NCBI GenBank assembly: GCA_002269645.1
Contig: NIVC01002197.1
Location: forward strand, 1-64,000
Length of the DNA: 64,000 nt
Reading direction: 5' to 3'
Source of the DNA: Macrostomum lignano
Taxonomy: Eukaryota
The notes beneath the pieces are model-generated. The model ran no database searches. It saw nothing but the letters and a program-made list of their open reading frames with translations, and had not been told where the DNA came from. The position numbers and the translations under genes are program-made. This document shows positions 24,655 through 39,350 of the stretch, one piece after another; position 1 is the stretch's first letter; every line of letters starts with the position of its first letter.

Positions 24655-27479
24655 ATGAGCAATAACGATCGCCAACTGAATCATGCACTCGATTTGATGC
24701 GCCGTCTGCCGCCACAGTCAGTTGAAGAGAATTTAACCCAACTGGTTGATTTGGTGCCTAATATGACTGAGAGTCTGCTGTGTTGCATTGATCAGCCACT
24801 TCAAGTGTCGAAGGATTTCAGCTGTGGAAAAGATTACCTGCTGTGCGACTATAACAGAGATGCTGATAGTCACAGGTTGGTTGTGCGCCATTGAATTAAA
24901 ATTTAGATTAGAGAGACATACCAGAGAGGAAGGTAGAGAGAGTAGAGATTTAGATAGAAGAAAATGGGTACAGTAAGATGAGTGAAATTGGGGAAACAGA
25001 TTGGGGAAACAGAGAATGAGGGAAGTGAGTAGAGACAATTGAGTAGAATGAGGGAAGCGAGTAGAGACAATTGAGTAGAATGAGGGAAGTGAGTAGAGAC
25101 AATTGAGTAGAATGAGGGAAGTGAGTAGAGACAATTGAGTAGAATGAGGGAAGTGAGTAGAGACAATTGAGTAGAATGAGGGAAGTGAGTAGAGACAATT
25201 GAGTAGAATGAGGGAAGTGAGTAGAGACAATTGAGTAGAATGAGGGAAGTGAGTAGAGACAATTGAGTAGAATGAGGGAAGTGAGTAGAGACAATTGAGT
25301 AGAATGAGGGAAGTGAGTAGAGACAATTGAGTAGAATGAGGGAAGTGTGTAGAGACAATTGAGTAGAATGAGGGAAGTGAGTAGAGACAATTGAGTAGAA
25401 TGAGGGAAGTGAGTAGAGACAATTGAGTAGAATGAGGGAAGTGAGTAGAGACAATTGAGTAGAATGAGGGAAGTGAGTAGAGACAATTGAGTAGAATGAG
25501 GGAAGTGAGTAGAGACAATTGAGTAGAATGAGGGAAGCGAGTAGAGACAATTGAGTAGAATGAGAGAAGTGAGTAGAGACAATTGAGTAGAATGAGGGAA
25601 GTGAGTAGAGACAATTGAGTAGAATGAGGGAAGTGAGTAGAGACAATTGAGTAGAATGAGGGAAGCGAGTAGAGACAATTGAGTAGAATGAGAGAAGTGA
25701 GTAGAGACAATTGAGTAGAATGAGGGAAGTGAGTAGAGACAATTGAGTAGAATGAGGGAAGTGAGTAGAGACAATTGAGTAGAATGAGGGAAGTGAGTAG
25801 AGACAATTGAGTAGAATGAGGGAAGCGAGTAGAGACAATTGAGTAGAATGACAGAAGTGAGGGAGAGTGGAAGATTATATTCTATCCCAAGTCAGCTATT
25901 AAAATCCCATTCCATCCCAGATCCCCATGGAGTAATCAATACTTTCCACCCCTGGAGGATGGCGCAGTGCCTTCGGATCGGTTGCGCACAATCGAAATCG
26001 AATTGAATTCGGCAATGCAAAGATACAGAGAGCTGTACTATGGCGGCGGCAGTATTGCATCGGCCTACCTGTGGGATTTGGACAGCACCGCTAAAGGATT
26101 TGCTGGTGCGGTGCTAATTAAGAAGTGCGGCAGCTCAGGCTGCAGCGGTCAGTGGGATTCAGTGCACGTGATCGAAGTGACGCCTAAGGTTACCGGTAGA
26201 TCGGCCAAGTACAAATTGACTGCCACGGTTATGCTGAGACTGGTTAGCGAGCTGCGGTATGTGGGTTTAGTTTGATGTGTCTTTAGGGTTTAATTTGGGG
26301 TGTCTGTAGGGTTCAGTTCGGTGTGTCTTTAGGGTTCAGTTTGGGTGTCTATAGGGTTTAGTTTGGGGTGTCTGTAGGGTTTAGTTTGGGTGTCTGTAGG
26401 GTTCAGTTTGAGGTGTCTGTAGGGTTCAGTTTGGGGTGTCTGTAGGGTTCAGTTTGGGGTGTCTGTAGGGTTCAGTTTGGGGTGTCTGTAGGGTTCAGTT
26501 TGGTGTGTCTGTAGGGTTCAGTTTGGGGTGTCTGTGGAAATTAATTATTTATTGCCATTAAACTCGCAGGTGCAAAAGCGATGACGTCAGTTGTGACAGT
26601 TCGGAGTTCGACATCGCGGGCAGTCTGACCAGGCAAGCAGAGCGGGAGTCGCCAGCGGCCCTGTCCAGTGCAAACGAGTCTGCCATTGCCGCTGCTCACA
26701 TTGCTAATATCGGTCGATTGATTGAAGTAAATATTCAGTTAGGATTTTTTTCTATCAGATTGTCAAATGTTTTATACAATATTGTTAATATTCTCATAAA
26801 TATTATTTCATTGATTATCTATTTGCCAATAATAATTTCAATATTAATTCTAGGAAAATCAGCCTCAATAATCGATACTAATTCTAAGAAAATCGCCTTT
26901 AATAATCGATACTAATTCTAAGAAAATCGCCTTTAATAATCGATACTAATTCTAAGAAAATCGCCCTCAATAATCTATACTAATTCTAAGAAAATCGGTC
27001 TCAATAATCGATATTAATTCTAAGAAAATCGCCCTCAATAATCTATACTAATTCTAAGAAAATCGGTCTCAATAATCGATATTAATTCTAAGAAAATCGC
27101 CCTCAATAATCGATACTAATTCTAAGAAAATCGCCCTCAATAATCTATACTAATTCTAAGAAAATCGGTCTCAATAATCGATATTAATTCTAAGAAAATC
27201 GCCCTCAATAATCGATAATAATTCTAAAACAATCGCCCTCAATAATCGATAATAAACTTGAATATTATTGTGCTTTCAACTTTCCAGGAAACGGAGACCT
27301 CAATGCGGCAGCAGCTGATAGACGTCTATTTTGACAACGTGTGCGGCGTTGTTGAAACAATGCGCACCAGTTTGAGCAAAGAATCGCGAATGGCCAGAGA
27401 ACTGCTGCAGCGGGAGCTCAATGAGGCTATTAATAGATCTTCCCCTTTAGTCAGCTGCTCGAAATTGCTTACTGATTAA
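24655..27479 (+). CDS. CAPZB: F-actin capping protein subunit beta, divergent copy, 4 exons, ~301 aa
   Basis: Exons 24655-24875, 25921-26256, 26570-26726, 27288-27479 (906 nt, GT-AG, phases 2/2/0). Motifs [85 protein letters not shown]. Confidence 0.95.
25013..25862 (+). repeat. 32-bp minisatellite (gagtagagacaattgagtagaatgagggaagt), ~26 copies, CAPZB intron 1
   Basis: Direct inspection. Confidence 0.96.
26275..26535 (+). repeat. 22-23-bp minisatellite (gggttcagtttggggtgtctgta), ~11 copies, CAPZB intron 2
   Basis: Direct inspection. Confidence 0.93.
26845..27255 (+). repeat. 34-bp minisatellite (aattctaagaaaatcgccctcaataatcgatact), ~12 copies, CAPZB intron 3
   Basis: Direct inspection. Confidence 0.94.
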
Positions 27480-28464
27480 CTTTATTAACTGGATTGGATC
27501 TATTTTAATGACGTCATTGCTGAATCGTGTCGTGTTAGCGCTTAGCTCTCTACTGACTTAAGTAGACTAAATAGAGTTGTTATAAATGCGAAATGCGATT
27601 CTATTTCATGAAGTGACGTTGCGTTTTAGTGGCTTTTTGAGCTGAAAAGAAAGTATTTTTTAAATTTTGACAATGTCAGTATTATCATCGCATCACAATC
27701 TGGTCAGTTTTGACAGTTTTTTTTCAACTTTTATTTTCTAGTGCTTTATAACAAAAGTCGCGCTTTTTCGCTTTTTATCTACTTTTAGTAGCTACCTACT
27801 GGCTTTTTTTTAGTTTTTGTTCAAAAAATTTTTGGAAGCTTTTTGCATGACAACTCAATCATATCTAAACCAGTCTGAGCTGCTATAGGCTTGTCTACGC
27901 GAGCCGTATTGAGTATTTTCACCCACACCGTTAGTCTTCTTCCGCGTGGACAAGCTCGCATAAATTATTAATACAATATTTGCCCCCCTCCCCTGCGTGA
28001 CGTGCCCTGTCCAGATTTTTATCTACTCTTGCTTTCCCTCTTTTTCTCCTGTGCAGTCTCGGCTTAACTCAGTTGAGTAAAAATATATAATCTGTATAAT
28101 CTGTGCATAGGCAGTAGATTCCTGTTTTCTATATAATAAGCATGCTATATTTTCTGCTTTTATATTGCCTGTTTTTCTTTGATTTCCTCGGCTTTTGTCA
28201 CGTAGTATTATAGTTCAGCTTCTGGGTCGAGATTTGCTGCGATTTCGATTGACAAACCGGGGCTTGACATCCGCAGGTTTATTGTTTTTGCTGAAGCAGC
28301 CAGCGCTCTGTATCCGTGCGTGTGCTTGTACGCACTTATCGAGATTCACTGTTTGGGCGCGTTCCGTCTGTCTGCCCGTTTGCCTCTCTCTTGATTTTGG
28401 AGCTGGAATGCTGGGCTTTTCTTGCATTTAGAAAACAAATCGCCTTTTTTATTGTCAACTCTGC

Positions 28465-29150
28465 ACCATGAGAATCGCCCTCTCTGCAACATGAGAATCG
28501 CCCTCTCTGCAACATGAGAATCGCCCTCTCTGCACCATGAGAATCGCCAACTCTGCAACATGAGAATCGCCCTCTCTGCAACATGAGAATTGCCAACTCT
28601 GCAACATGAGAATCGCCCTCTCTGCAACATGAGAATCGCCCTCTCTGCAACATGAGAATTGCCCTCTCTGCAACATGAGAATCGCCCTCTCTGCAACATG
28701 AGAATCGCCCTCTCTGCAACATGAGAATTGCCAACTCTGCAACATGAGAATCGCCCCCTCAGCAACATGAGAATCGCCCTCTCTGCAACATGAGAATCGC
28801 CAACTCTGCAACATGAGAATCGCCCTCTCTGCAACATGAGAATCGCCCTCTCTGCAACATGAGAATCGCCCTCTCTGCAACATGAGAATCGCCCTCTCTG
28901 CACCATGAGAATCGCCCTCTCTGCAACATGAGAATCGCCCTCTCTGCACCATGAGAATCGCCAACTCTGCAACATGAGAATCGCCCTCTCTGCAACATGA
29001 GAATCGCCAACTCTGCAACATGAGAATCGCCAACTCTGCAACATGAGAATCGCCCTCTCTGCAACATGAGAATCGCCCCCTCAGCAACATGAGAATCGCC
29101 CTCTCTGCAACATGAGAATTGCCCTCTCTGCAACATGAGAATTGCCCTCT
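28465..29150 (+). repeat. 23-bp minisatellite (catgagaatcgccctctctgcaa), ~30 copies
   Basis: Direct inspection. Confidence 0.95.
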
Positions 29151-29766
29151 GCACAGAAAATGTCATAACTATGCGTATGTGTGTCTGCATTACCAATTGG
29201 GAAATCAAATCTGTACTGTGCTCACTTCTCAAGCCTGTGCAGCCGTCGGTTGCTATTTCCTGGAAATCTGATTCTGGCATCCTTCTTGCACGTTGCTCTG
29301 AGTCAGTCTCGCGCGACGGGCAATATAAGAAGAATAAAACAAATTCCTAGTTACCAGTGCCATTGCCTTTGATATATCATAATATTCGAATCTATTATAA
29401 TTTCCAATTATATAAGGATTGTATAGGAAGCCATGTGACTTGACATGCAAGCAAATCCAGATCTGCTATGACAGGCGACATGCTTCACAGGAAACTGATC
29501 ATTTATCAACTTTCTTTTCTGGCTTTCTCCTTTGTTTAGATTTTAGTATTGAAGCGAGTTGAGTTTTTAGTATGGTTCGAATTGATGAGCTGCGGCGTCT
29601 CAGGAAGTAACGTTGATAGGCAGCCAATTTCCAACCTCTGAGCATGAGCACACGCGCTCAAGCAGGGTGCACAATGGTATGAGCTGTACACGCTTTTCGA
29701 AAGTTACTCCTCAATATTTTGGCCGCTTGATGTACTTATTGTTAGAGTAACCGTTGCTTGTTACGG

Positions 29767-30326
29767 AGTGTGTGAGCACAGGGAGTGTGTGAGCACAGGG
29801 AGTTTTTGAGCACAGGGAGGGTGTGAGCACAGGGAGGGTGTGAGCACAGGGAGTGTGTGAGCACAGGGAGTTTTTGAGCACAGGGAGTGTGTGAGCACAG
29901 GGAGACAGAAGAGTCAGGAGGCAGAAGAGTCAGGAGACAGAAGAGTCAGGAGACAAGAGTCAGGAGACAGAAGAGTCAGGAGACAGAAGTGTCAGAAGAC
30001 AGAAGAGTCAGGCGACTGAAGAGTCAGGAGGCAGAAGAGTCAGGAGACAGAAGAGTCAAGCGACTGAAGAGTCAGGAGACAGAAGAGTTAGGGGCAGAAG
30101 AGTCAGGAGGCAGAAGAGTCAGGAGACAGAAGAGTCAGGCGACTGAAGAGTCAGGAGACAGAAGAGTCAGGGGCAGAAGAGTCAGGAGGCAGAAGAGTCA
30201 GGAGACAGAAGAGTCAGGAGACAAGAGTCAGGAGACAAAAGATTCAGGAGACCGAAGAGTCAGGAGACAGAAGAGTCAGGAGACAGAAGAGTCAGGAGAC
30301 AGAAGAGTCAGGAGACCGAAGAGTCA
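29767..30326 (+). repeat. 17-bp (gagtgtgtgagcacagg) x~8 followed by 16-bp (cagaagagtcaggaga) satellite
   Basis: Direct inspection; the same 16-bp family occurs inverted at 35838-36720. Confidence 0.93.
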
Positions 30327-30889
30327 CTATTCTACATCTACTCTTGTCTTCTCTGTTATCCGCAGAAGACAGCGGAAAGCAGACAGTCAGCCGCTAAAAA
30401 ATGTCGCATGCAATGGTTATGCAGCATCCACTCCGACCCTGCCTGTCTTTTCTACAACGCTGCCCCCCCGGTCCTTCCGTTCCGTGTCCGCCAGGAGGAA
30501 AATGCTCTTCAGGAAGCGGGTCCCCTGTCAGCCTGCGCACAGTCGGAAATGGGCATTGAATTGAAGTTCATCAAATTATATGGCCATACGACTTTCTCTT
30601 TCAAATCAATCCGCTCTCATCCTATAAGTAATTTGGTCAGGATTTGGGAGGCCTTGAGCCTTCCCCAACTTACCCAACTGAGTGAGTGACCAACCCGACT
30701 TTTGCAAATTTGTCTGTCACGCAATATCTTTGAACTCCGTCGGAGAGCTGCCTAATTCTCGGAGTTGCTTGGGCATGAGAGATTCGCAAAATGAGATCAC
30801 AGAAAGGCCTGCGGATGTACTTTTTGTGTGGAGATTTTTAGTGTCTTCGGAAGCGGGAGATTATAAGGGGAATTCCGGGTCTGCGGTTG

Positions 30890-31150
30890 GAGATTAGCAA
30901 GAGGAATTCCTGCTTTTCAGTGGAAGACTCTTAAGGGGAATTCCGGTGCTTCAGTTGACGATTCTAGAGAGGAATTTCTGTTCTTCAGAGGGAGATTCTC
31001 AAGGGGAATTTCCGTTCTTCAGTGGGAAATTTTCAAGGGGAATTCCTGGTCTTCAATAGGAGTTCCCCATGGCGAATTCCCTTTCTTCAGTGGGAAATTC
31101 TCAAGGGGTATTCCCGTTCTTCAGTAGGCGATTCTCAAGTGGATTATCTG
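30890..31150 (+). repeat. Degenerate ~36-bp tandem repeat (aaggggaattcc..cttcagtgggagattctc)
   Basis: Direct inspection. Confidence 0.7.
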
Positions 31151-31349
31151 GAGAGGAGTTCCTGCTTCGCAGACTGTGATGTTTAGGACAATTTTCTCGG
31201 TGATAAAGGTTTCTGTTTCATGATACTTCATGTAAAATTTTTCATTTTGAAAAGAACCTATCGCAGTGGAATTTCAGCTTTACTGCAATTCATAAAGTGC
31301 GTCATAAACTGTCTAGCAGCTTCATCACCAATGCCTTTATTACCCTTAT

Positions 31350-33028
<1,679 letters not shown>

Positions 33029-33416
33029 GTGCCAATTAGCTAATAACATTATTCACGCTCTAAGACATTTAATTACTCACCAACTTTCCCTATTTGCAGC
33101 TCAGGCATCCGACAGGTTCTAAAACGGCTTCGCAACCCCTTTAGGAAATTTTCAGCGTGAGTTTGCTCAATCGCTTTGACGAAGCCCCCTCCCAGATCCT
33201 ACTGGCCACTGTCTCAAGCAGCTTTACTCAGCCAGCTCATCCCACTCGTTTAGTGTATTCCCAGCGGGCCTGCAAATCTCCCAGCTTCCCTCATTCGCAC
33301 CCACCAGGATTACCCCGCCCACTCTCAAGCTCTCACAAGGCTGCTCCAGTCCCGTTGCTCCTTTCAATGCTTCCGCAACTGCCCAGCCGTGGAGTTCCAC
33401 CTAGATATCTGGAGTT

Positions 33417-33870
33417 GGTCAGTCAGTCAGTCAGTCAGTCAGTCAGTCAGTCAGTCAGTCAGTCAGTCAGTCAGTCAGTCAGTCAGTCAGTCAGTCAGTC
33501 AGTCAGTCAGTCAGTCAGTCAGTCAGTCAGTCAGTCAGTCAGTCAGTCAGTCAGTCAGTCAGTCAGTCAGTCAGTCAGTCAGTCAGTCAGTCAGTCAGTC
33601 AGTCAGTCAGTCAGTCAGTCAGTCAGTCAGTCAGTCAGTCAGTCAGTCAGTCAGTCAGTCAGTCAGTCAGTCAGTCAGTCAGTCAGTCAGTCAGTCAGTC
33701 AGTCAGTCAGTCAGTCAGTCAGTCAGTCAGTCAGTCAGTCAGTCAGTCAGTCAGTCAGTCAGTCAGTCAGTCAGTCAGTCAGTCAGTCAGTCAGTCAGTC
33801 AGTCAGTCAGTCAGTCAGTCAGTCAGTCAGTCAGTCAGTCAGTCAGTCAGTCAGTCAGTCAGTCAGTCAG
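33417..33870 (+). repeat. (GTCA)n microsatellite, ~450 bp, essentially pure
   Basis: Direct inspection. Confidence 0.99.
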
Positions 33871-34752
33871 TTCAGTTTCCATTCCAGGTTATTGCGTTCC
33901 AGCTGTCCTTGGCCCTAAGCCCATGCAAGCAGTTGCCGCAGGAGAAGTGATGAGTAGGTTTCTACAACTGCAACTCCAGACTATACAGAGGGATGATGAT
34001 GGCGGGAATCTGATGGAGTCTCTGGGAGGCTGACAGTCCAATTCCCATTGGATGGCTGAGTAGAGCTGAGTAGCCAGGATGAGGGGCATGCAGGACGAGT
34101 GTGCGCTGCAGCAGTTGCACCATCCTTGTCAGCAGTGTCTATCTGGCTCACCTCAATTCCCTTTACACTCCTCCTCGGCGCTCTGGGTAGCAACCACTTC
34201 GAGTCCGGGTTGGTTGGGTTGCCAACCCACCCCTCCTCTTCTCTCTCTCCCTCTTCCCCACCTCAATTCCAAAATTATGAATCTGCAGCGACCGGACCTG
34301 AGCGCCCCCCCCCCACAAGTGCCGCCTCATTGAAGCTGCTCTCACTCCTCCAGCCTCCTCTTGGTAACTTTTTTCTCTCTTTCTGCGCGAAAGCCACTTA
34401 TAGCTTGGCTCTCTCTCTCTCTCTCACCCTCTCTCTCTCCCTCTCACCCTTTCTCTGGACTTCACTCATCACTTCACCCCAGCCCGTCCCCTCTAGGGAC
34501 CCATCATCCGCTCTGGTGGTCGCCAATTAATGCCCAAAAAACCGGACCCGTGTTGTTGAGATTCTAGCACACCCGTATAACTATATAGAGCCTAGCCGCG
34601 CACATGCCGAACAACTCTGGGAGCAGCGGCAAGCAGCAGCAGCAGCAGCAGTCCATCAGAGGTGGCGGCTTGCAAAGCAATAAAAAAGGTAAGTTAACAG
34701 AAATGATATGATTGACAAAATGCATTCAGGTAAACGGCTGAAGTAGCTCCAA

Positions 34753-35075
34753 AATACTCTAGATGGAGCCAAAACACTATAAGTGGCGCCAAAAGACTCT
34801 AGATGGAGCCAAAACACTATAAGCGGCGCCAAAAGACTCTAGATGGAGCCAAAACACTATAAGTGGCGCCAAAAGACTCTAGATGGAGCCAAAACACTAT
34901 AAGCGGCTCCAAAAGACTCTAGATGGAGCCAAAACACTATAAGTGGCGCCAAAAGACTCTAGATGGAGCCAAAACACTATAAGTGGCGCCAAAAGACTCT
35001 AGATGGAGCCAAAACACTATAAATGGCGCCAAAAGACTCTAGATGGAGCCAAAACACTATAAGTGGCGCCAAAAT
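34753..35075 (+). repeat. 40-bp minisatellite (ctagatggagccaaaacactataagtggcgccaaaagact; two 20-bp halves), ~8 copies, decaying to ~35180
   Basis: Direct inspection. Confidence 0.93.
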
Positions 35076-35837
35076 ACTTCAAATGGCGCAGAAAGATTTT
35101 GGATGGCGCCAAAATATTTTAGATGCCGAAAAGACACTTGAGGTGGCGCCAAAAGACGATAGATGGCGCCAAAATACATTAGATGGCGTTAAACACATAC
35201 TCCCGATAACGATGTTAAAATGTCTACTTTTATGTCTTACAGCCTGATGAAGCCACTAAGGAAGGGGCAATGGGAGCAGGAAGAATGAAGGGAAAACAAG
35301 AGTTTCGCTACACAAGCCCCGGACTCAACTAGTGGGCCACCCTTTTTGCTTGAGCTCGTAATTAGCAGGTGATGATAGCCAAGGTGCGTTGCAACCTACA
35401 GCTGCTGCAATAGCACTCTGTCTCTCTACCCCCCATTCAGAAGTGGAAATCAATTGAGTGCAGCCATTAACCCGATAGAACGAGCTTTATGTTGCTTTCA
35501 TTAGTTCGTTTATTCCCGAATTGAAGGGCTGGGATGCTGGGAAGAGGATTGGTTTTGCTGTCCTAGTTGTGGGAACTCCTGCATGCTTTCCCCTTGCCCG
35601 AGCTCTGATCTCTGGCATCCTCATGGCACTCTGACTCTCCATATGGTAATCGATTGGCTAGCCTGGGTGCACGGATACTTGATACTCGGATATCTGTGTT
35701 ATTTTTGCATCTGTCGCTTTTCCTCTGCGCAGATCCGATATATAGTTTGTTGGCTACATTCGATAAGAAATTGAATGCCTTTTCCAATACACTAGGCGTT
35801 GTGATACTGTACTCTCTGTGTGTTGCACTGCGCTCTT

Positions 35838-36720
35838 TTGCCCCTGACTCTTCTGCCCCTGATTCTTCTGCCTCCTGACTCTTCTGCCTCCTGACTCTTC
35901 TGCCTCCTGACTCTTCTGCCCCTGACTCTTCTGCCTCCTGACTCTTCTGCCCCTGACTCTTCTGCCTCCTGACTCTTCTGCCTCCTGACTCTTCTGCCTC
36001 CTGACTCTTCTGCCCCTGACTCTTCTGCCCCTGATTTTTCTGCCTCCTGACTCTTCTGTCTCCTGACTCTTCTGCCTCCTGACTCTTCTGCCCCTGGTTC
36101 TTCTGCCCCTGATTTTTCTGCCTCCTGACTCTTCTGTCTCCTGACTCTTCTGTCTCCTGACTCTTCTGTCTCCTGACTCTTCTGCCCCTGACACTTCTGC
36201 CTCCTGACTCTTCTGCCTCCTGACTATTCTGTCTTCTGACTCTTCTGCCTCCTGACTGTTCTGTCTCCTGACTCTTCTGCCTCCTGACTCTTCTGTCTCC
36301 TGACTCTTCTGCCTCCTGACTCTTCTGCCTCCTGACTATTCTGTCTTCTGACTCTTCTGTCTCCTGACTCTTCTGCCTCCTGACTCTTCTGCCTCCTGAC
36401 TCTTCTGCCTCCTGACTATTCTGCCTCCTGACTCTTCTGCCTCCTGACTCTTCTGCCTCCTGACTCTTCTGCCTCCTGACTCTTCTGTCTCCTGACTCTT
36501 CTGCCTCCTGACTCTTCTGCCTCCTGACTATTCTGTCTTCTGACTCTTCTGCCTCCTGACTCTTCTGCCTCCTGACTCTTCTGCCTCCTGACTCTTCTGC
36601 CTCCTGACTCTTCTGCCTCCTGACTCTTCTGCCTCCTGACTCTTCTGCCTCCTGACTCTTCTGCCTCCTGACTCTTCTGCCTCCTGACTCTTCAGTCTCC
36701 TGACTCTTCTGTCTCCTGAC
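35838..36720 (-). repeat. 16-bp satellite (cagaagagtcaggagg on minus), ~55 copies
   Basis: Reverse complement of the array at 29905-30326. Confidence 0.95.
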
Positions 36721-37119
36721 TTCCACAATAAACTTAGTTCCCTTTGCACTTTACCGTACAGTGCAGTACACCGGATGCCATCTATAACAGCTTCTATCGG
36801 CTGAATAATGCAAATTACCTTCTAGTCTACTTGAGAACAAGTCATCAGCTTAGCACTTCAGAGTAACTCTCTTTGAGCCAAAAGGGGGAAGGAGTGAGCG
36901 GATGAGAGGCTGGGGACTTTGAGACCTCCATCTCGTCAGTAGATTGAAGTGGACAGGACTTCGCCCCCACGGAACATCGCCATGCAAGTGAGTATTCGTT
37001 TTTTTTAGTTTTGCACATGCTGAGAGTGTAGAGGTCGCACGTAGGTACATGTAGTTTGTATGTAGTCCAGCAAAGTTCCGACTTCAGTGTATATTTGAGG
37101 CGATTAAACTACTCCTGTC

Positions 37120-37565
37120 TGTAGCGCCAAAACTTACCTGTCAGTGGCGCCAAAACTTATCTGTGAGTGGCGCTAAAACTTATCTGTGAGTGGCGCCAAA
37201 ACTTACCTGTCAGTGGCGCCAAAACTTATTTGTGAGTGGCGCCAAAACTTATCTGTGAGTGGCGCTAAAACTTATCTGTGAGTGGCGCCAAAACTTACCT
37301 GTCAGTGGCGCCAAAACTTTTTTGTGAGTGGCGCCAAAGCTTACCTGTCAGTGGCGCCAAAGCTTACCTGTCAGTGGCGCCAAAGCTTACCTGTCAGTGG
37401 CGCCAAAGCTTACCTGTCAGTGGCGCCAAAGCTTACCTGTCAGTGGCGCCAAAGCTTACCTGTCAGTGGCGCCAAAGCTTACCTGTCAGTGGCGCCAAAG
37501 CTTACCTGTCAGTGGCGCCAAAGCTTACCTGTCAGTGGCGCCAAAACTTACCTGTCAGTGGCGCT
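37120..37565 (+). repeat. 23-24-bp minisatellite (gtcagtggcgccaaagcttacct), ~18 copies
   Basis: Direct inspection. Confidence 0.95.
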
Positions 37566-38224
37566 AAAATAGGTGCACATTTTCTAAAGCGTGATAATTA
37601 TCTCTCAGAGTATTATAGCTAGCATAACAATAAAGTGATGTGGGAGAGCTGAGATTATCGGGAAGAGAGGAAGAGAGAGACAGAGAGTGAATCACTGAGA
37701 CCGGCTCAGCTGACACGCGCTAAAATAGCCTGCAGCGTGTTATCTAGCCCCGGGGCTTAGAGGGATGATAAAAGAGAAGGATAGCAACGGACTTAAACTG
37801 CTCTGGGAGAGCAGCTGCGACGAGTTTATCATTATTATTTCAGGAAGAACTTGGGGGATGCTACAGAGAAAATTCTGCTAATGCATGCAAGTGTGCATGC
37901 TAATGCTTGCATGTCTGTCTGTCCGATCATAAATTCATCAGTGAAGGCGGTCGCATAAGAAAATATTCAGCTCTGCGGTTTTCGAAAAACTCGAACAAAA
38001 TCTTTTGAACTCTCAGGCGACTGCTTTAATTAGCATAATTTTCGGTACATGAGGAACTGCTTTAGGGATTTAGATACTGTTGGTCATCCAGATTCATGAC
38101 GCAACAACGCTTGAAAAATGCGTATGGTTATACTCGTAATTATGATTGGACTCGTGTAAAAAATACCTAAAATTGATCTTCAAGTTGAAAACTTGAAACT
38201 TCAAGGGATTTGACACGATATTCC

Positions 38225-39350
38225 TAGGACTTGACCTGTAGCTTTGGGGGATTTGACATGAAACTCCTGAGACTTGACCTGTAGTTGCGATGGATTTGAC
38301 ATGAAACTCCTGGGACTTGACCTGTAGTTGTGATGGATTTGACATGAAACTCCTGGGACTTGACCTGTAGTTGTGATGGATTTGACATGAAACTCCTGAG
38401 ACTTGACCTGTAGTTGTGATGGATTTGACATGAAACTCCTGGGACTTGACCTGTAGTTGTGATGGATTTGACATGAAACTCCTGAGACTTGACCTGTAGT
38501 TGTGATGGATTTGACATGAAACTCCTGAGACTTGACCTGTGGTTGGGATGGATTTGACATGAAACTCCTGAGACTTGACCTGTAGTTGTGATGGATTTGA
38601 CATGAAACTCCTGAGACTTGACCTGTAGTTGTGATGGATTTGACATGAAACTCCTGAGACTTGACCTGTAGTTGGGATGGATTTGACATGAAACTCCGAG
38701 ACTTGACCTGTAGTTGGGATGGATTTGACATGAAATTCCTGGGACTTGACCTGTAGTTGTAGTGGATTTGACATGAAACTCCTGAGACTTGACCTGTAGT
38801 TGGGATGGATTTGACATGAAACTCCTGAGACTTGACCTGTAGTTGGGATGGATTTGACATGAAATTCATGGGATTTGACCTGTAGTTGCGATGGATTTGA
38901 CATGAAACTCCTGAGACTTGACCTGTAGTTGGGATGGATTTGACATGAAACTCCTGAGACTTGACCTGTAGTTGTGATGGATTTGACATGAAATTCATGG
39001 GATTTGACCTGTAGTTGTGATGGATTTGACATGAAACTCCTGAGACTTGACCTGTAGTTGGGATGGATTTGACATGAAACTCCTGAGACTTGACCTGTAG
39101 TTGTGATGGATTTGACATGAAATTCCTGGGATTTGACCTGTAGTTGCGATGGATTTGACATGAAACTCCTGAGACTTGACCTGTAGTTGTGATAGATTTG
39201 ACATGAAACTCCTGGGACTTGACCTGTAGTTGGGATGGATTTGACATGAAACTCCTGAGACTTGACCTGTAGTTGGGATGGATTTGACATGAAACTCCGA
39301 GACTTGACCTGTAGTTGGGATGGATTTGACATGAAACTCCGGGACTTGAA
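38225..39350 (+). repeat. 43-bp minisatellite (gacttgacctgtagttgtgatggatttgacatgaaactcctga), ~26 copies
   Basis: Direct inspection; explains three overlapping minus-strand ORFs. Confidence 0.96.
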
